A program made the position numbers and the translations under genes. This document shows positions 40,294 through 50,645 of a stretch of DNA of 64,000 nucleotides, piece after piece (the first letter of the stretch is position 1; each line of letters begins with the position of its first letter). The stretch is from an uncultured delta proteobacterium (GTDB lineage: Bacteria > Desulfobacterota > Syntrophobacteria > Syntrophobacterales > Syntrophobacteraceae), in assembly GCA_963808625.1 (NCBI GenBank), contig CAWEHK010000019.1, forward strand, positions 1-64,000, given 5' to 3'. The notes beneath the pieces are model-generated. The model was given only the letters and a program-made list of their open reading frames with translations. It had not been told where the DNA came from and searched no databases.

Positions 40294-40584
40294 TCACTTC
40301 CCGCTGCCCGGCATGTAGTCGAGGCTGTCGCGGATGCGTTCCGATCCCTCGGCCGGTTCCTCGAAGTCCGTGTAGTAAATGGCGGTGGCCCTCAGGCCGC
40401 GTTCGTCGATCACCTGCGCCATGTGCCTGGCACCGGGCACATGGCGGGCCAGCGACCCGACCCCGAAGATCAGCGCCCAGATCATCACGAACCCGATGAT
40501 CAGCTTCAGCCAGGGGCCAAAACCTGTCTGCGGGGTTGAGGCCCCGCAGACAGTGCTGTCAGCGAAGGTGCAATTTGTGGTCAT
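40294..40584 (-). CDS. Small single-pass membrane hypothetical protein
   Basis: TM segment WLKLIIGFVMIWALIFGVG, then AIYYTD; a diverged copy at 39440-39555 supports coding. Confidence 0.75.
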   Translation of the reverse strand: MTTNCTFADSTVCGASTPQTGFGPWLKLIIGFVMIWALIFGVGSLARHVPGARHMAQVIDERGLRATAIYYTDFEEPAEGSERIRDSLDYMPGSGK

Positions 40585-40587
40585 GCC

Positions 40588-40860
40588 CTTGGGAACCGTC
40601 CAAAAACGAATGGCACTCATTTCAGCCCTTTTGCGAACCACGAAAAACACAAAGAGTACGAAGAAATCACTTCATGTTCTTCATGGTAAAAGAAGGCCAT
40701 CTATTTTTTTGGGCCGCCCCCTTATTACTATAACGAGGTTTCCGCAGGGGGCATTAATCTGTGGGGCAGGCTTTCCAGCCTGCCTTCTGCCCAGTCCGGC
40801 ATGGCAGGCTGAAAAGCCTGCCCCACGCGGCTTGGACCTTCTTCAAAGTATCCTTGCAGC
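40588..40860. repeat. Two stacked repeat elements (copies of the 7291-7422 and 1987-2120 elements)
   Basis: 40588-40722 aligns with 7291-7422; 40727-40860 aligns with 1987-2120. Confidence 0.85.
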
Positions 40861-40861
40861 A

Positions 40862-42619
40862 TTAGATGCCGGCCGTGACCTCCGGGAAGATAAGGTAGAA
40901 CATGATATAGCCGATCAGCAGGGTGAAGCAGAGCTGAAAGGTCTGCCCGAAGACGTAGAGAGTAATGGGCTTGCCGCCCTTGAAGTAATGGCCGAACTCT
41001 CTGAAATCGGTCTCGAGGCCGATGCAGGTGAACGCCAGGGCGAAGAACCATTCACGCGCAATGCGTGTGAAGCCCCGGAGAACGCCGTGGTCGATCATCA
41101 CGGTGCTCATATCGCTGCCCACGCTCTGGTCGATGATGGAAAAAACGATCGAGGCGATGATGAAGCCGATAACGAACTTCGGGAAGCGGTACCAGATTTC
41201 CCACCAGCTCACGGTTTGACCCGGAGCGCATTCCACTCTGGCGCACCAGTACACGGCCACGCCGAAAGCCACGACACCGATCAGCACGTTCTGGATCATC
41301 TTGATCGTTGCCGCTACGTAGAGGGCCTTTTGACCCAAAAAGGCGCCGGCCGCAGCCACGGCGCCAGTCGAATCGATGGTGCTGCCCATCCAGGCTCCGG
41401 CCAGGATCTCCGGCATTCCTACCAGCTTGGCGAACGCCGGCTGGCCCACCATGCAGATCGCCGTGAAGACCATGGAAAGCCCAATGGCCAGCGTCAGCTC
41501 CTCTTTTTTGGCCCGGCAGGCCGCGGCGGTGGCGATGGCCGCCGAGACGCCGCAGACCGACATATCGGCCGAAATGGTGATGTTCAGGGTCTTGGAAGGC
41601 ATTTTGACGATCTTCTGGCCGAACCAGTAGGTCAGGATCAGGGTGATCGGGGTGCAAATCCAGGCGATAAAGATGCCCGGTTTGCCGATGGCTAAAATCT
41701 TGTTGAAAAGGATTTCGGCACCGAGCAGAACGAGCCCGGTCTTGATGTAGAATTCGGTGCAGACCGCGGGCTGCATCCATTTGGGGGTGCCGACCGTGTT
41801 GCTGATGAGGAGGCCGAAGGCGATGGCCCACAGCGGAAAGCCGAAGCCCCAGTATTTCATCAGGGCCTGGGTTTCGGCCATGTAGGCCAATATCGCAATA
41901 ATGAAGACCGCCGGGAAGGCGATGACGAACCGGCTGAACGGGGTGCCCATGATGGCCTTGCCGATGCCGAAGAACACGGCCAGGATGATGCACAACCCGA
42001 TCAGATAGGGTATTCGGTTATAGGGTTTGACATTGAACTTGCTGTCGGCTTTGGAGAAGGCGTCCTTAGCTTTCTGCCAGGCGTTGATCTCCTTCTCGGC
42101 TGCGGCGTTGAGATTTGGGTCCTTGAAGCCTGCTGCTGCAGCGGCGGCCTGAGCGGTCTTGGCGCTTGCCAGCGCGGCTTCGGCAGCGGCCTTGGCTTTG
42201 TCCGCCGCCTCTTTAAAGGGCGCGCCCATGGCCTTGGCGGTTTCCTCGCTGCGGTAGAGGGCGTCTACCGGGTTGGTGTCCCAGTCACTGGGCGCGGCCA
42301 GGAAGTTCTGAATGGTCTTGGCGAAATCCTGGTTGGTTGCCCGAACTCCGCGTTTGGCTGATGACGCATTATACCACTCGATCGTTTTGAAGGGCGCCTT
42401 GGCGGCCTCTTCCTTCATCGTCGCATTGTACTTGGGGATTTCGGCCGCTTTCTCCGGCGGTCGCGGCAGGTAGATGACCAGCCCGATGATGAGAAGCAAA
42501 AACCCCATCCAGACAGCCATCCAGTCTTCTTTCTTGTAAAGATCCTTAAGCGAGGTCTTGCCGCTTTCTATAACTACATAATCCGGTTCCGCTGGCGACG
42601 GTGTTTTGGTTTCTGCCAT
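40862..42619 (-). CDS. YeiH/putative sulfate exporter (PSE) family transporter with large Ala-rich loop
   Basis: KEDWMAVWMG, EFYIKTGLVLLGAE, SVCGVSAAIA, GAWMGSTIDSTGAV, KMIQN, FPKFVIGF, LAFTCIGL; AAGGAGGT RBS. Confidence 0.9.
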   Translation of the reverse strand: MAETKTPSPAEPDYVVIESGKTSLKDLYKKEDWMAVWMGFLLLIIGLVIYLPRPPEKAAEIPKYNATMKEEAAKAPFKTIEWYNASSAKRGVRATNQDFAKTIQNFLAAPSDWDTNPVDALYRSEETAKAMGAPFKEAADKAKAAAEAALASAKTAQAAAAAAGFKDPNLNAAAEKEINAWQKAKDAFSKADSKFNVKPYNRIPYLIGLCIILAVFFGIGKAIMGTPFSRFVIAFPAVFIIAILAYMAETQALMKYWGFGFPLWAIAFGLLISNTVGTPKWMQPAVCTEFYIKTGLVLLGAEILFNKILAIGKPGIFIAWICTPITLILTYWFGQKIVKMPSKTLNITISADMSVCGVSAAIATAAACRAKKEELTLAIGLSMVFTAICMVGQPAFAKLVGMPEILAGAWMGSTIDSTGAVAAAGAFLGQKALYVAATIKMIQNVLIGVVAFGVAVYWCARVECAPGQTVSWWEIWYRFPKFVIGFIIASIVFSIIDQSVGSDMSTVMIDHGVLRGFTRIAREWFFALAFTCIGLETDFREFGHYFKGGKPITLYVFGQTFQLCFTLLIGYIMFYLIFPEVTAGI

Positions 42620-42955
42620 ACTACCTCCTTGTAGGAGCCCTTTACGGGCGGAAGAAGACACATCATGGCGCCTCCCTCGCAAGCCTGCCTCAGCGATGCC
42701 GAGAACAGGAGTGCTCCCTCTTCCGTCTTCAGAGGAAAACCCTCTATTCTTGCGATGTCGGAGACGGTGTCATCGTCTTTGGCCGCCTTGCCATCACCTC
42801 CTTTCGCGACGCCGCCAGCAACAATCCGAAAACCATGTTGCGCCGACGATTAAGGGTTATCCAAAGACAACTTGTCCTTCAGTTTGAGAGCCTTTTCATC
42901 CACGAAGTCACACGAAAAACTGCGAAGACACACGAAGCAAGCATTTACGTGGTAA

Positions 42956-42984
42956 ACTATCGCAAACTGAGCAGATTGTGTCAA
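42956..42984 (-). promoter_or_regulatory. Possible sigma70 promoter for the yeiH-like operon
   Basis: TTGACA-N17-GATAGT on the minus strand, next to the imperfect palindrome TTTACGTGGTAAA. Confidence 0.35.
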
Positions 42985-42997
42985 GTTCGTGGTCATC

Positions 42998-44044
42998 TCA
43001 CCGCTCGAATCTCTTGACGCAGGTAAGACAGGATTGATTCGGGTTTCCAATGGCCAGTCCTTCTCGAAACTGTCGGAACGCCTCACTCTCCCAGATCGCC
43101 AGCGGGTCCAGGGTGAGGACATTGCCGAAGATGCGGCGCCTGGGATCTGGCCCGGCGGCTGGCAGTTTGAGATAGACACATGGGGATGCGGAACCGTCAG
43201 CGGCCACGAAAAGCGAACGGGCGATGTTTTCACGACAGCTCATACCGGATGCGCTCGGGTCCGGCAGGCTCCAGTGGCATTCCATACCCAGGCGTCGAAT
43301 TTCGGATGCCGTTTCCTGAAGAATGGAAGCCGCTGCCGCCAGCTTCCCGGGTTCATCGAGGCCGAAACCCTCGGGCTTCAATTCAGCGCTCGGAACATAG
43401 TCGAGGGTGCTGATCACCGCCGCGTGCACGCCGAGGCGCTGCATCAGGGCCGGCAGACCGCGCACCGCTTCCATGTTCGAGGCCAGCATCAGGTAGGCGA
43501 GATGAATCTCCAGGTGCACTCCCTGGCGTGCGCGCCGGACGGCCTGGAGGAGGGATATTGCTTCACCTACCCTCTCGAAGTCTACTCCCTGACGGGAGGC
43601 GTTGGTTGCCGCACTGGTGCCGGCCAGCGAGAAGGCAATGATATCCAGACCGCTTTCCACGATCTGCAGGGCCAGGTGTTCGTTCATGATCAGGCCGCAG
43701 GTGGTGGTGGACACGGCACTCCCGGTCTTGAGCGCCAGCGCGGCCATCTCGAAGAAGGCGGGATTGAGCAGCGGTTCTCCCCAACCCTGGAGATGCACGC
43801 GGCTTGAACGCCGCATCAAGGGCCAGAGGCGGGCGAAGGTTGCCATGTCCATGTCTCGCCCCGGCCACTGCTCGTGCATGATCGTGTGGGGACAATAGCG
43901 GCAGCGGCCGGGACAGCGGGTCGAGACCTCCACCTGGAGGCAGTCCAGGAGGCGCCGAACCCCGAAAAGGCGTTCGCGAAGAGTCTCCCAGATCCCCGGT
44001 TCGCGGAATGATCGCTCGGAGGTTTTGTCCGATACTCGCTTCAT
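42998..44044 (-). CDS. Radical SAM protein with SPASM/twitch domain
   Basis: QVEVSTRCPGRCRYC, LQGWGEPLL, CRENIARSLFVAADGSASPCVY, FGNV...IWES, CLTC. Confidence 0.9.
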   Translation of the reverse strand: MKRVSDKTSERSFREPGIWETLRERLFGVRRLLDCLQVEVSTRCPGRCRYCPHTIMHEQWPGRDMDMATFARLWPLMRRSSRVHLQGWGEPLLNPAFFEMAALALKTGSAVSTTTCGLIMNEHLALQIVESGLDIIAFSLAGTSAATNASRQGVDFERVGEAISLLQAVRRARQGVHLEIHLAYLMLASNMEAVRGLPALMQRLGVHAAVISTLDYVPSAELKPEGFGLDEPGKLAAAASILQETASEIRRLGMECHWSLPDPSASGMSCRENIARSLFVAADGSASPCVYLKLPAAGPDPRRRIFGNVLTLDPLAIWESEAFRQFREGLAIGNPNQSCLTCVKRFER

Positions 44045-44057
44045 AACGAACTCACCG

Positions 44058-44138
44058 TGTCACCCCCGCATGCTTTTGGCGAGGGTCCAGGGACATAACA
44101 GTTGACCTGGATTCCCGCCAAAAGCATGCGGGTTGACG
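44058..44138. repeat. Palindromic REP-like element (GTCAxxCCCGC family)
   Basis: gtcacccccgcatgcttttggcg...tccag...ctggattcccgccaaaagcatgcgggttgac. Confidence 0.8.
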
Positions 44139-44181
44139 CCTGGTAACGGTGGCCCTCTACTCCTTCACCCTGAATTAAGTT

Positions 44182-45026
44182 TCAGCGACCGAAAATGCTG
44201 GAGAGCCTTTGCAGCAGTCCCGGCCGAGCCGGTGCCCAGCTTACCTCCACATACGGGAGGAAAGGAAGCGCTCCCCATTTACGTTTGAAGAAACCAACTC
44301 CGGTATTGATGCCCAGCCCAAGGTTCATGAGAGTCTGCCCGCGTTGATAAGCCTCTTCCAGAAGTCCCCCAAGCAGGAGATCGGTGCTGCCCGGTGGAGC
44401 CAGCCGGGGGTCCCGGAAGCAGAACATGAAGAAAGCGGTCCGGAAGGCACTGAAATCACCCACGACAAAAGCGGCCAGCTTGCCGTCGGCGAGTCGCCCG
44501 GAAAGCACCAGGCTGCCGGGAGAGGCCGCGAGGTAGTGGGGCAGATGCTGAAAAACGTGTCGCGTTCCTGGCTCCAGATGGCGCTCGTCGAGGTAGCGCT
44601 GGACCAGCGCCAGGTGATCATCGCCCCATTGGTGTCCCCTCTCGACGGTCAGCTCCCGACTCGCCCGGCGAATAAGGTTGCGCACCTTCTGGAGGAGGTA
44701 GAGGATGCGGCACCGGCAGGGAATAATAGCAGTCCTCGGTAACCTGGCTCTCCGCCCGGGCCTGGGGCGGTCTGGCCGGTCCGATGACGGTGAGATACGC
44801 AGGTCTCTAATTTTGAGCGCTTCACTGACAGCCTCGGCCATGGCTTCCGTATCCCGAGGGTCATGCAAAGGATAACCTACCAGCACCAGCTTCTTCTCCG
44901 AGGCAAAACCCACACAGTCTCCCACCAGCTCGGCTCTGTTCCCGAGACGGTACGAACGTACGGCAGAAGTTGTTCGGGGACCACCGCCTCAGCGGTTACT
45001 CGAGCCAGGAGATCCGGGCCGATCAT
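44182..45026 (-). CDS. GNAT/FemAB-like protein, paralog of the N-terminal domain of 45023-46714 (frameshifted)
   Basis: MIGPDLLARVTAEAVVPEQ, LVGYPL, VRNLIRRA, TDLLL, NLGLGINTGVGFFKRKWG; ATGA overlap with the upstream gene. Confidence 0.75.
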
Positions 45027-46714
45027 TTCGCCCTCCTGACCGTGAAGCCCGCCTGACTCAGCATGGGACGCAGATCGAGCAGGTGTGCCGATCCCACCAG
45101 TACCGCACAACGGCCCCGTTCCAGAAATGGGCGCATCCGTTCGAGGAAGACGGCGTCGCGGCGATTGATGACCCATTCGGTGCGGGTGGGAAACTCGATG
45201 CTGGTGCCCATCATGCGCTCCAGGTTCCCTCTCAGGTAGGCGCGTTCATTGCGTTTCAAATACCCGTGCCAGCGGGGGCACTGGCGAAAGAAATTGATAA
45301 TGCGGGGGATCGGGATGCTCTCGAGGGTCTCGAGCTGCTCGGCGATGGTCTCCATGCCCCGCACCGTCTTTCCCATCTCCCTAGCCAGGTGCCACGCCTC
45401 AAGATCTACCGAATAACGCCAGTCATGACGTGCCAGAAAGCTGGTCCAGAGCGAAAAAAAGGCCATCCAGGGGCGGGTTTCGGCGAGAAAATGACGCACA
45501 TCCGGCGCGTTGGGAGTACTGAATCCCAGCAGCCGCGCCCAAAAACCCTGTGGTCCACATACCACTCGCTCCAGACGACGGATCTCCTCCTCCGTCAGCA
45601 GTTCGATGAGCCGGGGGCTTCCTGCGGCTGGGCTTCGCCCCACCTCCGCCACTCGGTCAAGGCTCGCCTGATCGAGCGGCCCTTCGAAGAGAACCGTATC
45701 CACCCGTTCAAAGAGTTCGCGAAAGGAGGTTTCGAAGCTGCAGCAAAAGAAGTGCGCCGTTCCGCCAAGCCAGGAACGACTCTCGTCTTTTTCGACTTCC
45801 CAGAGCATGGCGAAGTGTCGCTGCGGGGGGAGGCTGGCCAGAAACTCCCGCTTGGACATGGCTTCACCGGGCATGGCGCGCAACGCCCGCATGAACTCGT
45901 TCATCTCGGTACGGGCCTTAGCTTTTGCCTCCCAGGCCGCCATTTCATAGGGTAGCGATGGAGTCCCTCCCCACTTGGTCTTGAAGCGACGAATGCCATC
46001 GTTAACGCCGAGACCGAGATGCAGAAAATCCTTCTGCTCTCTTCTCGCCAGCTCGATCATTTTCAGAAAGAGCAGATCGGAAGCGTGAGGGGTATAATGG
46101 ATACGGGAGTGAGCCCCGAGGAGATAGGTTAAAAAACAGCCGGGAGCCGTGTCCAGCAGCAGGCAGGCGGCGAGATGACCGCGCTCGTCCCAGGCATCGA
46201 GGAAGACCAGACCAGGAGCCCGGGAGATCACATGGTCGGTGCGCGCGTAGAGCTCGCGGACGTTAGGCGGCAGGGGCACGCGAGCCAGGAATTCGGCCCA
46301 AAGGCGGCGGTGCGCCGGGGTGAACTGCGCGCCCTCTTCCACTTGGAGCGAGGTCGCGGCCTGGGCCGCCTGGCGTTCAAGACGGGACGGTACAGGTATA
46401 TCAGAAGGGAGGGTATAGTAGAAATCCTGATTAGTGCGGTAGTGCTGCAGGCGACTGGGAAGGGAGGGGCTGATCGCCCAACACCTCGTGGCCCGTGTCC
46501 GGGATAAGGCTTCGGCCAAGGCTTCGTCAAAACTTAGCGATGAATCATCTCCCGAGAGCGGATAGCCTACCGCCAGCAGCCAGTCCTTGGCAGCAACAAA
46601 AAGGTAGGGACCCAGGAGGAAGGCCGAACCGTCCGACATGGCCTCCATAAAGGCCACGGAATGTTCGGGTACCGTCGCCTTTGCCAGGACGGCATTTATC
46701 TCGGAAGGATTCAT
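45023..46714 (-). CDS. Fusion of a GNAT/FemAB-like domain and a TraB/GumN (TIKI metallopeptidase-like) domain
   Basis: N-half: ATVPEH, AVGYPL, ASDLLF, LHLGLGVNDGIRRFKTKWG. C-half: MLWEVEK...SWLGGTAH, VLFE, GMETIAEQL, INRRD, VLVGSAHL. Confidence 0.8.
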   Translation of the reverse strand: MNPSEINAVLAKATVPEHSVAFMEAMSDGSAFLLGPYLFVAAKDWLLAVGYPLSGDDSSLSFDEALAEALSRTRATRCWAISPSLPSRLQHYRTNQDFYYTLPSDIPVPSRLERQAAQAATSLQVEEGAQFTPAHRRLWAEFLARVPLPPNVRELYARTDHVISRAPGLVFLDAWDERGHLAACLLLDTAPGCFLTYLLGAHSRIHYTPHASDLLFLKMIELARREQKDFLHLGLGVNDGIRRFKTKWGGTPSLPYEMAAWEAKAKARTEMNEFMRALRAMPGEAMSKREFLASLPPQRHFAMLWEVEKDESRSWLGGTAHFFCCSFETSFRELFERVDTVLFEGPLDQASLDRVAEVGRSPAAGSPRLIELLTEEEIRRLERVVCGPQGFWARLLGFSTPNAPDVRHFLAETRPWMAFFSLWTSFLARHDWRYSVDLEAWHLAREMGKTVRGMETIAEQLETLESIPIPRIINFFRQCPRWHGYLKRNERAYLRGNLERMMGTSIEFPTRTEWVINRRDAVFLERMRPFLERGRCAVLVGSAHLLDLRPMLSQAGFTVRRAK

Positions 46715-46856
46715 CACGGCACTCCATCCAGAAATACGGAAAGGAGTCACACGGACTGCGGGTCAACTTTTTATGGCCTAATCGCTTCTCAAGAGTCAAT
46801 ATATCATATCGTACGGGATTTCGCTGCGATAACCCTTTAGAGAGCGGGGAATCATC

Positions 46857-49084
46857 ATGACGCAAGCGCTTGACCATTACTCGGAATGAAGTGCTGTTTG
46901 GAGCCGACGCAACCTCGGGGATAGTGGCCGTAGAGCAGGTTTCCGGGAATCGAATGCGGCTTTTCAGGCGCGGGACGGATGGCCTGGTGCAGGAAGACGA
47001 GGCCTTCCGGCCCTTTATGGTATTGGAAAAAGAAGGGCTTCTCGATGGCTTCAGGAAGCCCTTTACAGGCCACGCGCTCAGTTCCACCAATGCCTTTAAG
47101 TTCCTGGCTCTATTTGAGAATTGGGGAGATTGCGAGAGCGCCCGAGACCACCTGCGCAAGACCAGCGGGGAATCAGCCTCCTCCCCGACGGCACCCTACC
47201 TCTATCTGGCCGATCCCGTGCATCAGCACCTGCTGCTCACCGGCAAGACCCTCTTCAAGGGCCTGGCGTTCAAGGATATCCATCGTCTCGCCCTCGATAT
47301 CGAAACCGCTTGTGCGCCGGGGTTTGAGTTTTCAAACCCTCAGAGAGAAGAGGATCGCATCCTCTCCATTGCCCTGATGGACAATCGGGGGTTCGCGGAA
47401 GTGCTGTTCGGCGGGGATATGACGGAAAAAGAGATGCTCCAGGCTTTGGGCGAGAGGATCATGGCCCTCGACCCGGACGTCCTGGAAGGGCACAACCTCT
47501 TCAATTTTGATCTCGAATATATCGTTGCCCGGGCCAGGATGCATGGCGTTAAACTGCCCTGGGGACGCAACGGCAGTGAGCCCAGGATTCGTAAATCCCG
47601 CTTTACGGTAGCCGAGCGCATCATTGATTTTACCCGCATGGACATCTTCGGCCGGCATGTCGTGGATACCATGTTTCTGCTGCAATATTACGATGTCACG
47701 GCCCGCGAGCTGGAGAGCTACGGGTTGAAATCCGCCGCGCTTCACTTCGGCCTGGCCGATGAGGACCGGACTTATATCGATGGGGACAGGATTCAATGGG
47801 CTTATGAGCATGATCCGGAAGCCCTCAAGCGCTACAACCTGGATGATGTGAGGGAAACCCTGGCGCTCTCCGAGCTTCTCGGGTATCCGTTTTTCCTGCA
47901 AGCGCAAATCTTCCCCTTTTCCTACCAGAATATTTTCGTGCGGGGCAATGCGACCAAGATCAACGCGCTGTTCCTGCGGGAGTATCTCAGGAGGCGGGCT
48001 TCCATCCCCAAGCCCATGGCCAGGGGAGATTTTGAAGGAGGCTACACGGATGTCTTTGTCGAGGGCGTGGTGAAGAACGTGGTGCACTGCGACGTCGCAT
48101 CACTTTACCCCTCGATCATGCTCTCTTTCAGCCTGAAGCCGGCAGGGGACAGCCTGGACATCTTCCTGCCCCTCCTCCGGGATTTGCGCGCCTTCCGCCT
48201 GGAAGCCAAGAGAAAAGGCCCATGAGGTCGCCTCACCCCACGATCGGGACTATTACCAGGCACTCCAGCAGACCTTCAAGATCCTCATCAATTCCTTCTA
48301 CGGTTACCTCGGGACGGCGCTGCATCATTTTTCCGATCCCGGTTTGGCGGCCGAAGTCACCCGCCTGGGACGGGAGCTTATCCGCAAGATGCTGGCGTGG
48401 CTGGAAGAAGAGGGGGCGACGCCGGTCGAGATCGACACCGACGGGATTTACTTTGTGCCGCCTCCCGGCGTGGTCACCGAAGAGCAGGCCGGGGCGCTGG
48501 TTGCGCGGCTTTCCCAGAGCCTTCCGGAAGGCATCGAGGTGGAGATGGATGGGCGCTATGTCTCGATGTTCTCGTATAAGAAGAAAAACTACGCGCTGCT
48601 CGATGCGTCGGGAAACGTCACCATAAGAGGAAGCGGACTTCGTTCAAGGGGAATGGAAAAATACCTGCGGGAATTTCTTGCAGCCATGATTCGCCTGCTG
48701 CTCGAAGGGAGAGGAGAGGAAGTCAGTCAGCTCTACAAGGGCTTCGACGAGCGCCTGAAACAGCACCAGATGGACATTGCCTTGCTGGCAAAAACGGAGA
48801 CCCTTACCGAAACTCCTGAGAACTATCAACTAAAAATCAAAGCCAAGAAGCGCAACCGGGCGGCGGCTTACGAGCTTGCCTTGAGCTCGGGACGAGATTT
48901 CCGCGCCGGCGATCAGGTCTCCTATTACGTGACCGGCAGCGACAAGAAAGTGCGCGTTTTTGAAAACTGCAAATTCGCTTCCAGCTACGATCCGACTCAA
49001 CCGGATGAAAATATCGCCTATTATCAGGCCAAATTGCTTGAGCTGGTGAAGAAATTCCAGGATTTCCTGCCCCGGATGCCTTAG
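46857..49084 (+). CDS. polB: Family B DNA polymerase with 3'-5' exonuclease (frameshift near 48220, probably another near the start)
   Basis: ExoI DIET, ExoII GHNLFNFD, ExoIII YNLDD; motif A DVASLYPS, motif B KILINSFYGYLG (about 48278-48313), motif C IDTDG. Confidence 0.92.
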
Positions 49085-49282
49085 AGGCGGCAAAATGGTA
49101 CCTTTAATGCTGGTTCCAAGCTCCGCTTGGGAACCCACCTCTTCGGAAGCTCCAGCCTCGTCGGACGAGTGGATGCCACGTGAAACTCAAGAGGCACGGG
49201 AAGCTAGGAGCTTCGCGGAAACCTGCGTTTACCATAAGGCTGAGCCTGCGGAAGAGTTTCGGTATTAGTGAGCTCCCCCTTT

Positions 49283-50488
49283 TTATAAGGTTGGGTCGGG
49301 GGAATTCTCCGTCGAGTTTTGCGCGAAGTGTGAATTTTCAGACAAGCCCTTAATTGTGGACACGCCGAGGCGGAAGAGGATTTCCAGGGGTTCGACTATT
49401 CGGTCGCCGGTTCGTGAGCTTCCGATCGTGACGGCATCTTCGGGCTGTTCATCCACCCAGGCCGCGAGCAGGGTCTGGGCGACCGCAAGGACGACCGGCC
49501 CGACGAAGATCCCGATGAGCCCCATGGCCATGAGTCCCCCGATCACCCCGGCGAAAATGAGGAGCAAAGGCAGGTCCGCCCCTTTTCGGATCAGCACGGG
49601 ACGCAGGAAGTTGTCCATGGTGCCGACAATGATGGTCCACACCAGGAGGAAGGTCCCCCACCCCCAGTTATCACTCCAATACAGCCAGGCCACTGCAGGT
49701 GCAAGCACGAGAAACGGGCCTACCTGGGCAATGCAGAGCATGGCCATCATCGCGGTCAGAACGGCCGCGAAGGGCACACCGGCGATGGCGAGGCCGACGC
49801 CGCCCATGACTGACTGGGCAAACGCCGTTACCACGACGCCGAGTGCTACCCCGCGAATGGTCTGGCCGGCGAGACGGGCTGATTTCTCCCCCCGCGGTCC
49901 CGCCAGACGACCCCCGAATTTCAGGATGCGCTGTGCGGCATGTTCACCGTTGGCATACATGGCTGCTGCGAGAACGACCGTGAGCAGGAACTGCACGAAT
50001 AAGACGCCAAAACCGCCGACCTCGAAAATGAACCATTTGATGACACTCACCGCGTAGGGTGCAGCCTTGCTGGAAAATTGCTCGATGCCCGCAGCAGCCA
50101 CCTGCTGCCAGGCCTGGTGAGCCTTGTCGCCGATAAACGGGAGCTTTCCCACCCACTCGGGCGGGGGCGGCATTTTGAAAGTGGCGAGAGACCTGGCCCA
50201 TCCCAGGACCTCGTCTGCGTTGGAGACAATCGTACCGATGGCCAGCGAGAGGGGAACGACCAGGACGCAGAGGAGCATGAGCGTCATCAGGGCCACGGCA
50301 AGCCATCGCCTGCCCCATAGCCAACCCTGGATGGTGGTCATGAGCGGCCAGGTCGCAACGACGATCATTGCCGCCCACACGATCGCTCCCAGGAACGGCC
50401 GCAGAATCCAGATGGAAGATCCCATGAGCGCAACGATAAAGATCGCTGCCAGCACGGGGCGGGTGATGTCTCGCTCGGTTGCGGCCAT
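49283..50488 (-). CDS. ydiK: AI-2E family transporter YdiK
   Basis: ILRPFLGAIVWAAMIVVATWP, IRGVALGVVVTA, LCIAQVGP, MDNFLRPVLIRKGADLP, GVIGGL...GIFVGPVVLAV. Confidence 0.92.
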   Translation of the reverse strand: MAATERDITRPVLAAIFIVALMGSSIWILRPFLGAIVWAAMIVVATWPLMTTIQGWLWGRRWLAVALMTLMLLCVLVVPLSLAIGTIVSNADEVLGWARSLATFKMPPPPEWVGKLPFIGDKAHQAWQQVAAAGIEQFSSKAAPYAVSVIKWFIFEVGGFGVLFVQFLLTVVLAAAMYANGEHAAQRILKFGGRLAGPRGEKSARLAGQTIRGVALGVVVTAFAQSVMGGVGLAIAGVPFAAVLTAMMAMLCIAQVGPFLVLAPAVAWLYWSDNWGWGTFLLVWTIIVGTMDNFLRPVLIRKGADLPLLLIFAGVIGGLMAMGLIGIFVGPVVLAVAQTLLAAWVDEQPEDAVTIGSSRTGDRIVEPLEILFRLGVSTIKGLSENSHFAQNSTENSPDPTL

Positions 50489-50561
50489 GACCGGTACCTC
50501 GTTGTTGTTGGTTTCGCAGATATCCTGCCGGGGCGTCAGGCCCGCGCGTGCGCGAATTCAG

Positions 50562-50588
50562 TGGGCGGGTTGGAAAACCCGCCCTCCG
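50562..50588. repeat. Short REP hairpin GGCGGGTTGGAAAACCCGCCCTCC
   Basis: Near-identical copies at 10197-10221 and 56669-56692. Confidence 0.8.
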
Positions 50589-50645
50589 GTGAATGGTCAT
50601 CCCCGCCGTTGCGCGAATTCAGTAGCAGGGCGGGTGCTCACCTCA

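Noticed and set aside
42744..42794. 16-aa ORF MARRPKTMTPSPTSQE after AAAGGAGGTG as precursor peptide for the radical SAM enzyme
   Set aside because: The SD-like motif abuts the ATG with unusable spacing, and nothing else supports it.
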